Assembly (NCBI RefSeq): GCF_000024025.1 | Contig: NC_013131.1 | Location: 7,830,229-7,854,228 of the forward strand | DNA from: Catenulispora acidiphila DSM 44928 | Lineage (GTDB): Bacteria; Actinomycetota; Actinomycetes; Streptomycetales; Catenulisporaceae | Direction: 5' to 3' | Length of the DNA: 24,000 nt | Part shown: positions 7,956 to 16,454 of the stretch, one piece after another | How the letters are laid out: each line of letters opens with the position of its first letter | Position numbering within the stretch: position 1 is the first letter of the stretch | The notes under the pieces: model-generated | The model's input: the letters and a program-made list of their open reading frames with translations, nothing else | Told to the model about the DNA's origin: nothing | Database searches by the model: none | Translations under genes and position numbers: made by a program

Positions 7956-9640
7956 CAGTGCAGTCCTTCAGCGAGCGGCCCGAGCGACAGGGCCGGGAAG
8001 TAGGTGAGGCCGACCACCAGCAGGACGGTGCCCAGCAGCATCCCCGCGAACAGCGGCGAGGCGGTCTTGAGCGTGCCCTCGGTCTCCGGGACCGGCTTCT
8101 GTTTGGCGAGCGAGCCGGCCAGCGCCAACACCCAGATCATCGGCAGGAACCGGCCGAACATCATCGCCAGCGCGCCGGCGGTGTTCCACCAGTGGGTGTT
8201 GCCGGACAGACCGCCGAAGGCCGAGCCGTTGTTGTTGCCCATCGAGGTGAAGGCGTATAAGACCTCGGAGAAACCGTGGGGCGCTGGAGCGCCGCCCGGT
8301 CCCAGGTTCCCGGAGTTGATCGAGGCGGTCTCACCCTTCAGCGCCATCGCCAGACCCGTGAAGATCAGCACCACGGCAGGGGTGGTCAGGATGTACAGCG
8401 CCGCGTACTTCATCTCGGTCGGGCGGATCTTCTTGCCGAGGTACTCCGGCGTGCGGCCGACCATCAGACCGGCGATGAACACCGTGATGATCGCCAGGAT
8501 CAGCATGCCGTAGAGCCCTGAGCCGGTCCCGCCGGGCGCGATCTCGCCGAGCATCATGTTGAACATGGCCGCGCCGCCGCCGAACGGCGTATACGAGTCG
8601 TGCCAGGAGTTCACGGCACCGGTTGACGTCAACGTGGTGGACGTCATGAACAGGGTCGAGGCCGGAATGCCGAACCTGGATTCCTTACCCTCCAACGCGG
8701 CGTGCCCGTTCGCCAGGTCGATGCCGTGGTGATGCACCTCGAAGAAGGTGGAGAACGCCAGCGACCCGATCCAGATGATCGCCATCACCGACAGGATCGT
8801 GTAGCCCTGCCTGTGCGAGCCGACCATCTTGCCGAACGTGCGCGGCAGCGCGAAGCCGATGACCAGCAGCAGGTAGATCTCGACCAGGTTGGTGAAGCCT
8901 GTGGGGTTCTCGAAGGGGTGCGCGGAGTTGGCGTTGAAGATGCCGCCGCCGTTGGTGCCCAGGAGCTTGATGACTTCCTGGCTCGCGGTCCCGCCCGTGT
9001 AGAGGTTCTGGTCGCCGTTGATCGTGTGCACCACGGTCAGGTGGTTGCCGAGCGACTCGACGGCGCCGCCGGCGACCAGGATCACTGCGAACACGATCGA
9101 GAACGGCAGCATCAGCCGGATCAGGACCCGCGTCAGGTCGACCCAGAAGTTGCCCAGCCGATCGGTCCGGTTCCGCGTGAAGCCCCGGATCAGGGTCGCG
9201 ACCACCGCGATGCCGACGGAGGCCGACACGAAGTTCTGCACCGCCAGACCGGTCACCTGCGCGACGTAGCCCAGCGTGTTCTCGCCGCCGTAGTTCTGCC
9301 AGTTGGTGTTCGTGACGAACGAGGCAGCCGTGTTGTACGCCAGATCGGCGTTCATCTTCGGCATGCCCAGCGCCGTCATCAGGTGGTGCTGGACGCGCAA
9401 CAGCAGGTAGAGCAACAGAATCCCGACGGCGGAGATGGCGAACACCGATCGCAGGTACGTACCCCAGGTCTGGTCCGCCTCGGCGTCCACGCCCATCGTC
9501 TTGTACAGCGCCAACTCGGCCCGAAGATGCTTCCTCGAGGTGAGAATGTGCGCCATGTAATCGCCCAGCGGCCGGTAGGACACGGCCAGCATGAGGACCA
9601 GCGCGGCGACTTGGAGCACGCCGGCCCACGTGTCCGACAT
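7955..9640 (-). CDS. kdpA: K+-transporting ATPase subunit A
   Basis: A 561-aa polytopic membrane protein with KdpA-like sequence throughout ([15 protein letters not shown]-like [30 protein letters not shown]). Its stop overlaps the kdpB start, and its start overlaps the kdpF stop. Confidence 0.95.
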   Translation of the reverse strand: MSDTWAGVLQVAALVLMLAVSYRPLGDYMAHILTSRKHLRAELALYKTMGVDAEADQTWGTYLRSVFAISAVGILLLYLLLRVQHHLMTALGMPKMNADLAYNTAASFVTNTNWQNYGGENTLGYVAQVTGLAVQNFVSASVGIAVVATLIRGFTRNRTDRLGNFWVDLTRVLIRLMLPFSIVFAVILVAGGAVESLGNHLTVVHTINGDQNLYTGGTASQEVIKLLGTNGGGIFNANSAHPFENPTGFTNLVEIYLLLVIGFALPRTFGKMVGSHRQGYTILSVMAIIWIGSLAFSTFFEVHHHGIDLANGHAALEGKESRFGIPASTLFMTSTTLTSTGAVNSWHDSYTPFGGGAAMFNMMLGEIAPGGTGSGLYGMLILAIITVFIAGLMVGRTPEYLGKKIRPTEMKYAALYILTTPAVVLIFTGLAMALKGETASINSGNLGPGGAPAPHGFSEVLYAFTSMGNNNGSAFGGLSGNTHWWNTAGALAMMFGRFLPMIWVLALAGSLAKQKPVPETEGTLKTASPLFAGMLLGTVLLVVGLTYFPALSLGPLAEGLH

Positions 9641-9729
9641 CAGAACTTCTCCGGGCGGATCAGGGCCGCTATCAGATAGCCGACCAGCAGGACCGCCACG
9701 ATCAGGCCGATGATGTTCTCAGCGCTCAA
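9640..9729 (-). CDS. kdpF: K+-transporting ATPase subunit F (29 aa)
   Basis: TTG start at 9727-9729 is preceded by AAGGGGG. The product (L/M)SAENIIGLIVAVLLVGYLIAALIRPEKF resembles known KdpF peptides (from memory, mycobacterial ...NIVGLVIAV...PEKF). The TGATG overlap couples it to kdpA. Confidence 0.8.
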   Translation of the reverse strand: MSAENIIGLIVAVLLVGYLIAALIRPEKF

Positions 9730-9808
9730 GACGCTCGACCCCCTTGACGATCAGGGCCAGCAGGCCGAAGAAGGCGATCGTGATCCCGACGAAAACCACG
9801 TCGGCCAT
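9719..9808 (-). CDS. Candidate 29-aa single-TM peptide at the head of the kdp operon
   Basis: ATG 9806-9808 is preceded by a strong AAGGAG with a 6-nt spacer. The product is MADVVFVGITIAFFGLLALIVKGVERLER. Its stop (9719-9721) lies 11 nt inside kdpF, which suggests translational coupling. It is the 3' end of an otherwise implausible 178-aa track ORF. Confidence 0.5.
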   Translation of the reverse strand: MADVVFVGITIAFFGLLALIVKGVERLER

Positions 9809-9880
9809 CAGGTGCTCCTTGGATTCGGGGACGGGGTGACGCAGATCAGTGAACCGGTGGAGAAAGCCCAGGCAGGAGCC

Positions 9881-9919
9881 GCAAGCGCGATGCAAACGGT
9901 CCGGAGGCCGATGCGCACG
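9881..9919 (-). promoter_or_regulatory. Candidate KdpE-type operator upstream of the kdp operon
   Basis: Half-site-like heptamers are GCAAGCG (9881), GCAAACG (9892) and GCGCACG (9913), spaced 11 and 21 bp. CGATGCAAACG (9888-9898) and CGATGCGCACG (9909-9919) are 21 bp apart. The 14-mer 9885-9898 is identical to 5022-5035. Confidence 0.5.
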
Positions 9920-10010
9920 CGGCCCAAACATGCGGCTCGGTGACCGGTCGCCTACCATCCGTGAGATGCCTGTTCCCGACTTTTCGTGAGCCGTCAGGTG
10001 GGTGCGAACC

Positions 10011-11651
10011 ATGAGCGACATACCGGTGATCCGCCACGCCGACCTGATCCTGCGCGGCGGGCGCGTCCACACCCTGGACGCCGCCGACACGGTGGTGTCC
10101 TCGCTGGCCGTGGCCGGTGGACGGATCGCGGCGGCCGGCGACGACCGGGAGACCGCGGTGCTGCTCGGCCCGGACACCGAGGTGGTCGATCTGGCCGGCC
10201 GCGTGGTGGTCCCCGGGCTGCACGACTCGCACCTGCACCTGACCGACGCCGGCAACAGCTGGAACCTTCAGGTGCGCTGGGACGGCGTGCCGTCGCTGGC
10301 CGACGCGCTGAAGCTGCTCGCCCTGCGCGCCGCCGAAGCCGCGCCCGGGCAGTGGGTCCAGGTGATCGGCGGCTGGTCGGACACCCAGTTCGCCGAGCAC
10401 CGGCTGCCCACCCTGGCCGAGATCGAGTCGGTGTCGGCGGACGTGCCGGTGCTGGTGGTCTTCCTGGACACCGCGGCGTTCCTGAACGCGGCAGCGCTGC
10501 GGGCTCTGGGCTACGACCAGACGACGCCGGACCCGCCGGGCGGCGAGATCCAGCGCGACACCGCCGGGAACCCCACCGGCCTGCTGCTCTCCCGGCCGAG
10601 CCCGGCGGTCCTGGCGCTGGCCGTACTCGGCGCGCCGCAGCTGAAGCCGTCCGAGCAGGTGGGCTCCACCGACCGGTTCCTGCGCGAGCTGAGCCGGCGC
10701 GGCGTGACCGGCGCCATCGACGCCGGGGCGACCGGCATCCCGGGCTGCTACGACGCGCTGCGGACGCTGCGTGCGCAGAACCGGTTGCCGGTGCGGACGG
10801 CGCTGAACGTCATGGCTTCCCGGCCCGGCGAGGAGCGCGAGGAGCTGGCCACCCTGCTGCGCGGCGTGACCTTCCACGACGACGACATGTTGTGGTTCAA
10901 CGGCATCGGCGAGGCACTCACGCTGGACGGCGTGGACTTCTCCAACTTCGCGCAGCCGCGCCCCGCGCTGTCCGACGCCATGGGACGCCACCTGGAGCCA
11001 CTGGTCCGGCTGCTGGCGAGCAACCGCTGGCCGTTCAGCTTCCACGCGACCTACGAGGAGTCGATCAGCCGCTTCCTCGGCGTGTTGGAGAAGGTGAACC
11101 GCGACGTCCCCTTCGACGGACTGCGCTGGGCCGTGGAGCACGCCGAGACGATCCGTCCGCAGACCATCGACCGGGTGGCGGCACTCGGCGGCGGCATCAC
11201 GGTGCAGCACCGGATGGCCTACCGGGGCGAGCAATTCCTGAAGCGCTACGGACCCGAGGCGGCCCGGCACGTGCAGCCGGTGATGGAGATGCTGACGCGC
11301 GGCGTGCCGGTCGGCGGCGGCACGGACGGCACGTGGATGGCCGACGCCAATCCCTGGGGCGCGCTGCGCTGGTTCACGACCGGCACGACACTCGGCGGCC
11401 TGGAGATGTGGCGCCCGGAGGACCGCCTGGACCGCACCCTCGCGCTGCGGCTGTTCACCGGAGGGAGTGCTTGGTTCACCGGCGAGGCACACCAGCGCGG
11501 GGCGCTGGAGCCGGGGATGCTCGCGGACTTCGCGGTGCTGTCGGCGGACTACTTCAGCGTGCCGGAGAACGAGATCGCGGATGTGGAGTCGGTGCTGACG
11601 GTGGTCGGCGGCGCGGTCGTGCACGCGGCGGGACCGTACGCGCGGCCGTGA
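10011..11651 (+). CDS. Metal-dependent amidohydrolase (amidohydrolase-3 / YtcJ-like family)
   Basis: ATG 10011 is preceded by AGGTGGG (GTG 10002 is the alternative start). The N-terminus is ADLILRGGRVHTLD...GGRIAAAG...VVPGLHDSHLHL (metal-binding HxH). The ~546 aa length is typical of the family. Confidence 0.85.
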   Translation: MSDIPVIRHADLILRGGRVHTLDAADTVVSSLAVAGGRIAAAGDDRETAVLLGPDTEVVDLAGRVVVPGLHDSHLHLTDAGNSWNLQVRWDGVPSLADALKLLALRAAEAAPGQWVQVIGGWSDTQFAEHRLPTLAEIESVSADVPVLVVFLDTAAFLNAAALRALGYDQTTPDPPGGEIQRDTAGNPTGLLLSRPSPAVLALAVLGAPQLKPSEQVGSTDRFLRELSRRGVTGAIDAGATGIPGCYDALRTLRAQNRLPVRTALNVMASRPGEEREELATLLRGVTFHDDDMLWFNGIGEALTLDGVDFSNFAQPRPALSDAMGRHLEPLVRLLASNRWPFSFHATYEESISRFLGVLEKVNRDVPFDGLRWAVEHAETIRPQTIDRVAALGGGITVQHRMAYRGEQFLKRYGPEAARHVQPVMEMLTRGVPVGGGTDGTWMADANPWGALRWFTTGTTLGGLEMWRPEDRLDRTLALRLFTGGSAWFTGEAHQRGALEPGMLADFAVLSADYFSVPENEIADVESVLTVVGGAVVHAAGPYARP

Positions 11652-11731
11652 GCGCCAGCCGCAACGACCCCCGATCGTCCTGATCACCGCGCTCGCTGGT
11701 TCCGATCACGATGCTGGTCCCGGCGGCAATC

Positions 11732-11749
11732 GCAAACGTGATGCAAACG
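11732..11749 (+). promoter_or_regulatory. Candidate operator upstream of kdpD: two GCAAACG heptamers 11 bp apart
   Basis: GCAAACG occurs at 11732-11738 and 11743-11749. TGATGCAAACG (11739-11749) is the same core as at 5025-5035 and 9888-9898. It ends 74 nt upstream of the kdpD ATG. Relative to kdpD it is in the opposite orientation from the other two sites. Confidence 0.35.
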
Positions 11750-11822
11750 CCGGCGGTTATCCGCTCCCCTGCGCGCGTGCGACGATCGGAACCGTGATGG
11801 TGGCGACTGGGGTGAACGCGCG

Positions 11823-14498
11823 ATGAGCGCACGCGGCAACCTGCGCGTCTACTTGGGGGCGGCTCCCGGCGTGGGGAAGACGTACCACATGCTCGACGAG
11901 GCCCAGCGGCGTGCCGAGCGGGGCGGGGACGTGGTCGTGGGCTTCGTGGAGACGCATGGCCGGCCGCACACCCAGGCGATGGTCGACGGCCTGGAGATCG
12001 TGCCGCGCCGCCGGATGGAGTACCGGGGCTCAGACTTCGAAGAGATGGACATCGACGCCGTCTTGGCGCGGCAGCCCTCGGTGGTGCTGATCGACGAGCT
12101 GGCGCACACCAATATCCCCGGCTCGCGCAACACCAAGCGCTGGCAGGACGTCGAAGAGTTGCTGGCGGCCGGGATCGACGTCATAGCCTCGGTCAACATC
12201 CAGCACCTGGTGTCGCTGAACGACGTCGTGCAGAAGATCACCGGCGTCCCGCAGCGCGAGACCGTGCCGGACGAGGTGGTGCGCTCGGCCGACCAGATCG
12301 AGCTGATCGACATGGCGCCGGAGGCCCTGCGCCGCCGGATGGCGCACGGCAACATCTACCAGCCGGAGAAGATCGACGCCGCGCTGTCCAACTACTTCCG
12401 TCCCGGCAACCTCGGCGCGCTGCGCGAGTTGGCGCTGCTGTGGGTCGCCGGCCGGGTGGACGAGGCGCTGCAGCGCTACCGCGACCAGCACGGCATCGAC
12501 AAGGTCTGGGAGACCCGCGAGCGGATCGTGGTCGCGCTGACCGGCGGACCGGAGGGCGCCACGCTGATCCGGCGCGGCGCGCGCATCGCGCAGCGGGTCG
12601 GCGCCAAGGGCTCGGATCTGCTCGCCGTGCACGTGGCCCGCTCCGACGGGCTGACCGGCGCCTCCCCAGCGCTGCTGGCCGAGCAGCGGGCTCTGGTGGA
12701 GTCCCTGGGCGGGACCTTCCACTCGGTGGTCGGCGACGACATCCCCAACGCCCTGCTGCAGTTCGCACGCGCCGAGAACGCCACGCAGCTGGTGATCGGC
12801 GTCTCGCGGCGCGGGCGGCTGGAGCGGTTCCTCGGCGGCTACGGCATCGGCGAGACCGTGGTGCAGCAGTCCGGCGACATCGACGTGCACATGGTCACCC
12901 ACGAGCGCTCGGCAGCCGACCAGAGCCGCTGGATGTGGGCCAGGCGGGTGCTGCGCCAGCCGGAGACCGGACCGCGCTGGTGGGGACCGGTGGCCGGGCT
13001 GATCGTGCCGATCCTGCTGACCCTGGTGCTGGCGAACGTGCGCTCCGGGCTGAACCTGACCAACCAGGTGCTGGTCTTCCTGGCCGGCGTGGTCGCGGTG
13101 GCGCGCCTGGGCGGGCTGCTCTCGGCGTTCTTCGCCTCGCTGACCGCCTCGCTGCTGTTGAACTACTACTTCATCCGGCCCTTCTACCGGCTGACCATCA
13201 ACGACCCGCAGAACATCCTGGCGCTGGTGGTCTTCGCGCTGGTGGCGCTGATCGTGGCCTCGGTCGTGGACTTCGCCTCGCGCCAGGAGCGGCGCGCCGG
13301 GAAGGCGTCGGCGGAGGCTGAGACGCTCTCGGAGCTGGCGCGCTCGGTGCTGCGGGGCGACGAGGCCATCGGGGCGCTGCTGGGCCGGTTCCGGGAGACC
13401 TTCGGCATGGAGTCGGTGGCGCTGCTGGAGCGGGTCGAGCCGGGCTCGCCGGTGCTCCCCGACGAGACCGACGACCCGGACGCCTGGCGGATCGTCGCGG
13501 CGACCTCGGCCGGCGGCGAGATGCCGTGCCGCACCCCCGGCGAGGGCAACGTGGTGGTGCACGCCGGTCCGGACGCGATGCTGGTGTTGCGCGGGCGCGC
13601 GCTGCCGGCTGCCGACCAGCACGTGCTGACCGCGTTCGCGGCGCAGGCAGCGGTGGCGCTGGAGCGCTCGCGGCTGGCGCGGCAGGCGGCCGAAGCGGTG
13701 CCGCTGGCAGCCGCGGACAAGATGCGCACGGCGCTGCTGGCCGCGGTCTCGCACGACCTGCGCACGCCGCTGGCGGCGGCCAAGCTGTCGGTGGCCTCCC
13801 TGCGCGACACCACGGTGCAGTGGTCCGAGGAGGACCGCGCCGATCTGCTGTCCGGCGCCGAGGAATCGCTGGACCGGCTCTCCCGGCTGGTGGAGAACCT
13901 GCTGGACATGAGCCGGCTGCAAGCCGGGGCGCTGAACCTGCGTCTGGAGGACGTCGCGATCGAGGACGTCGCGGCGATGGCGCTGGACAGCCTGGGCATC
14001 GAAGGCTCCCTGGTGGAGTTCGGCGACCTGTCCGGGGTCTCGGAGGTCCTGGCCGACCCGGTACTGCTGGAGCGCGCCGTGGCGAACCTGATCGCGAACG
14101 CGCTCAAGCACGGCTCGCTGAACCGGCCGGTCCTGCTCGCCGCCTCGGAGCTGGCCGGACGTGTCGAGCTGCGGGTGACCGACCGCGGTCCGGGGGTCCG
14201 GCCGGAGGACTGGGAGCGGATCTTCACCCCGTTCCAGCGCCTTGGGGACCGGGACAACACGACCGGAGTCGGGCTGGGCTTGGCGTTGTCCCGCGGACTG
14301 GTGGAGGCCATGGGCGGTGCTCTGACGCCCGAGGAGACACCCGGCGGGGGGATGACGATGGTGGTTTCGCTGCCGGCGGCGGGTATGGCCGGGAACGAGG
14401 ATGACTCCGGCGACGGTACCGGCAACGGCTCCGGCGACGGGGAGCACGACGTGGAGGTCACCGCCGCTCTCGCCGCCGCTGAGGAGCCCGCCCGATGA
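11823..14498 (+). CDS. kdpD: Sensor histidine kinase KdpD
   Basis: 891 aa. It has the N-terminal KdpD domain with a P-loop (LGAAPGVGKTYHML), a USP-like region, four TM helices, a GAF-like segment, the H-box SHDLRTPL and an HATPase domain (GVGLGLALSRGLVEAMGG). Its stop overlaps the kdpE ATG (ATGA). Confidence 0.95.
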   Translation: MSARGNLRVYLGAAPGVGKTYHMLDEAQRRAERGGDVVVGFVETHGRPHTQAMVDGLEIVPRRRMEYRGSDFEEMDIDAVLARQPSVVLIDELAHTNIPGSRNTKRWQDVEELLAAGIDVIASVNIQHLVSLNDVVQKITGVPQRETVPDEVVRSADQIELIDMAPEALRRRMAHGNIYQPEKIDAALSNYFRPGNLGALRELALLWVAGRVDEALQRYRDQHGIDKVWETRERIVVALTGGPEGATLIRRGARIAQRVGAKGSDLLAVHVARSDGLTGASPALLAEQRALVESLGGTFHSVVGDDIPNALLQFARAENATQLVIGVSRRGRLERFLGGYGIGETVVQQSGDIDVHMVTHERSAADQSRWMWARRVLRQPETGPRWWGPVAGLIVPILLTLVLANVRSGLNLTNQVLVFLAGVVAVARLGGLLSAFFASLTASLLLNYYFIRPFYRLTINDPQNILALVVFALVALIVASVVDFASRQERRAGKASAEAETLSELARSVLRGDEAIGALLGRFRETFGMESVALLERVEPGSPVLPDETDDPDAWRIVAATSAGGEMPCRTPGEGNVVVHAGPDAMLVLRGRALPAADQHVLTAFAAQAAVALERSRLARQAAEAVPLAAADKMRTALLAAVSHDLRTPLAAAKLSVASLRDTTVQWSEEDRADLLSGAEESLDRLSRLVENLLDMSRLQAGALNLRLEDVAIEDVAAMALDSLGIEGSLVEFGDLSGVSEVLADPVLLERAVANLIANALKHGSLNRPVLLAASELAGRVELRVTDRGPGVRPEDWERIFTPFQRLGDRDNTTGVGLGLALSRGLVEAMGGALTPEETPGGGMTMVVSLPAAGMAGNEDDSGDGTGNGSGDGEHDVEVTAALAAAEEPAR

Positions 14499-15196
14499 TG
14501 ATCAAGGTCCTGGTGGTCGACGACGAACCGCAGCTGCTGCGCGCGCTGCGGATCAACCTGACCGCGCGCAAGTACGAGGTCGTCACCGCCATCGACGGCA
14601 CCTCGGCGCTGGCCATCGCCGCGCGCACGCTGCCCGACCTGGTGGTGCTCGACCTGGGTCTGCCCGACCTGGACGGCGCCGAGGTCATCAAGGGACTGCG
14701 GGGCTGGACCGAGGTCCCGATCGTGGTGCTCTCCGGCCGCGCCGACGCCTCCGACAAGGTCGAAGCTCTGGACGCCGGCGCCGACGACTACCTGACCAAG
14801 CCCTTCTCGATGGAGGAGCTGCTGGCCCGGCTGCGGGTGGCGCGCCGGCACGCCGACCGCAACACGCCGAAGACGGCGGTGCAGCGGGTCGGGGACTTCG
14901 ATGTGGACGTCGCCTCGCACACCATCACCCGGGTTCCGGAGGCGCCGGAGACGGTGCCGCCGACGGTGCACCTGACGCCCACCGAGTGGGGCATCGTCGA
15001 GGTGCTGCTGAAGAACACCGGGCGCCTGGTGTCGGCGCGCCAGCTGCTCACCGAGGTATGGGGGCACGGGTATGAGAACGACACGCCGCTGCTGCGGTTC
15101 CACTTCACGAAGCTGCGGCGCAAGCTGGAGCGAGAGCCTTCGCGGCCGGCGCATCTGCTGACCGAGCCGGGGATGGGATACCGGTTTCAGCCGTGA
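14495..15196 (+). CDS. kdpE: OmpR-family response regulator KdpE (cognate, translationally coupled to kdpD)
   Basis: MMIKVLVVDDEPQLLRALRINLTARKYEV...LDLGLPDLDG...TKPFSMEELLARLR, with a winged-helix C-terminus (...GMGYRFQP). The start overlaps the kdpD stop by 4 nt. Confidence 0.93.
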   Translation: MMIKVLVVDDEPQLLRALRINLTARKYEVVTAIDGTSALAIAARTLPDLVVLDLGLPDLDGAEVIKGLRGWTEVPIVVLSGRADASDKVEALDAGADDYLTKPFSMEELLARLRVARRHADRNTPKTAVQRVGDFDVDVASHTITRVPEAPETVPPTVHLTPTEWGIVEVLLKNTGRLVSARQLLTEVWGHGYENDTPLLRFHFTKLRRKLEREPSRPAHLLTEPGMGYRFQP

Positions 15197-15226
15197 GGCT
15201 CGGACTGGCTTCCTGGAAAAATCCTT

Positions 15227-15238
15227 ATATACGTATAT
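15227..15238. repeat. Perfect 12-bp AT-only-core palindrome ATATACGTATAT in an AT-rich patch
   Basis: Read directly. It is embedded in ggaaaaatccttATATACGTATATtgcgg (15216-15243), an obvious AT-rich island in GC-rich DNA. It lies 31 nt after the kdpE stop and ~156 nt before the surface-protein start. A small hairpin CGTTCC-N7-GGAACG follows at 15250-15268. Confidence 0.9.
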
Positions 15239-15393
15239 TGCGGCGCTGGCGTTCCGGGATCGGGAACGACCCAGGTCAACCAGCAGACCTCCGTTGGTCA
15301 GCTTTATGGACGCGCGGTCGGAGAGTGCGCCATCGGTGGGAACTGACGGCGCGCCAGACATAACGCAACCCCAGCTTCCCCATATCTGGAAGC

Positions 15394-16431
15394 ATGCGTA
15401 CCTTGCGATTACTGCTGGCGGTCGGGATCAGCCTGGCCCCGGCGCTGGCCGCGACGGCGGCCGGCACGACCCCGGCCTTCGCCGGCGGCGGCGCGGGCAT
15501 GACCCTGACCGCCACGATGGACGGCCAGGACCAGCGCCTCCTGGTCGGCACCCGGCACACGGTGCACATCACGCTGGCCGACACCCCCGGCGAAGCCGAC
15601 CTGCGCGACATCACGATCAGCCTCACGGACCTGGACCCGAGTCCCTTGCCGGTGGTCTGCCCGGCGGGCCGGAACGGGCATCTGTCGCTGGAGCCGGACC
15701 AGTCGCTGCAGTGCACCTCGGTGGTCACGGCGGCGGTCGGCTTCCGCACACTGGTGGCGCGCGCGACGGCGTCCGTCCCCAGCGAGGGCACCCTGGTGCG
15801 CACGGCTCCGCTGCACTACAACGGCTTCATGCCGCCTCCCCCGCCGCGGCCCGTCCCGGTGGCGCACGCGCCGCTGGCACCGGACCCGGCTTCGGGGCGT
15901 CCGACGCACGCGCCGGTTGCCGCACCGACGCCGCCGCTGAGTCCGGCGGGTCCTGCGGACCCGGCTGATCCGGCGGACCCGGCTCGCCCGGGTGGCCCGG
16001 GTGGCCCGGCTGGCCCGGCTGGCCCGGCTCGCCCGGCTGGCCCGGGTGGCCCGGCTGTTGGCGATCCGGTGAAAGTGCCCGTTGCGCACGGGTGCTTGAG
16101 CGGGACCGGGTCGGACGGGAACTGTTGCGGGGCGGGGAAGGGCGGCAGCGGCGCTTGCTGCTCGGACAAGGCTGCCGGACCGGATGGATGCTGCGGATCG
16201 GCGAAGGCTGATGCGTGCTGCGGGTCGCACCCGGCGGGATGCTGCTCGGATCACTCGGCGGCGGACAAGAGCCGGTGCTGCGGATCGGCGGGCAAGTCAG
16301 GCGACTGCGTCAAGCGCGGCGGGCTGGCCTTCACGGGCATGTCGACGCCGTTGCTCGCCGGTGCGGCCTCGGGTGGGCTGGCGCTGGCAGCCGGTGGATT
16401 CATGCTGCTCAAGCGGTTCGCTCGGCGCTGA
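15394..16431 (+). CDS. Secreted, sortase-anchored (LAxTG) surface protein: Ig-like/DUF11-like domain, Pro-rich stalk, vicinal-cysteine repeat module
   Basis: The signal peptide is MRTLRLLLAVGISLAPALAATAAGTTPAFA. The N-terminal domain follows a DUF11-like pattern (ITISLTDL...VVCPAG...LEPDQSLQCTSVVT). The Pro/Gly/Ala stalk covers aa 146-222. Six CC pairs plus two single Cys lie in aa 234-305. The C-terminal sorting signal is LAFTG (16324-16338), then a hydrophobic stretch, then KRFARR. Confidence 0.8.
   Translation: MRTLRLLLAVGISLAPALAATAAGTTPAFAGGGAGMTLTATMDGQDQRLLVGTRHTVHITLADTPGEADLRDITISLTDLDPSPLPVVCPAGRNGHLSLEPDQSLQCTSVVTAAVGFRTLVARATASVPSEGTLVRTAPLHYNGFMPPPPPRPVPVAHAPLAPDPASGRPTHAPVAAPTPPLSPAGPADPADPADPARPGGPGGPAGPAGPARPAGPGGPAVGDPVKVPVAHGCLSGTGSDGNCCGAGKGGSGACCSDKAAGPDGCCGSAKADACCGSHPAGCCSDHSAADKSRCCGSAGKSGDCVKRGGLAFTGMSTPLLAGAASGGLALAAGGFMLLKRFARR
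15943..16059 (+). repeat. In-frame 9-bp tandem repeat (CCGGCNGNN, ~13 copies) encoding the P-A/G-x stalk
   Basis: Read directly: units such as ccggctggc, ccgggtggc and ccggctcgc run from 15943 to 16059. They encode PAGPADPADPADPARPGGPGGPAGPAGPARPAGPGGPAV. Confidence 0.85.
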
Positions 16432-16454
16432 TCGACGCTGGACACTTTCCAGCC

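Noticed and set aside
15409-15411. TTA (Leu) codon at codon 6 of the LAxTG surface-protein gene as evidence for bldA-type developmental control
   Set aside because: kdpA, a housekeeping gene in the same window, also contains an in-frame TTA (8258-8260). TTA therefore does not appear to be restricted here in the way it is in Streptomyces, and the taxon is unknown.
15988-16059. Collagen-like triple-helix repeat (GPG GPA GPA GPA RPA GPG GPA)
   Set aside because: There are only ~7 triplets and the Gly-X-Y register is interrupted (RPA). This is far too short for a collagen-like domain. It is better described as a Pro-rich stalk encoded by a 9-bp repeat.
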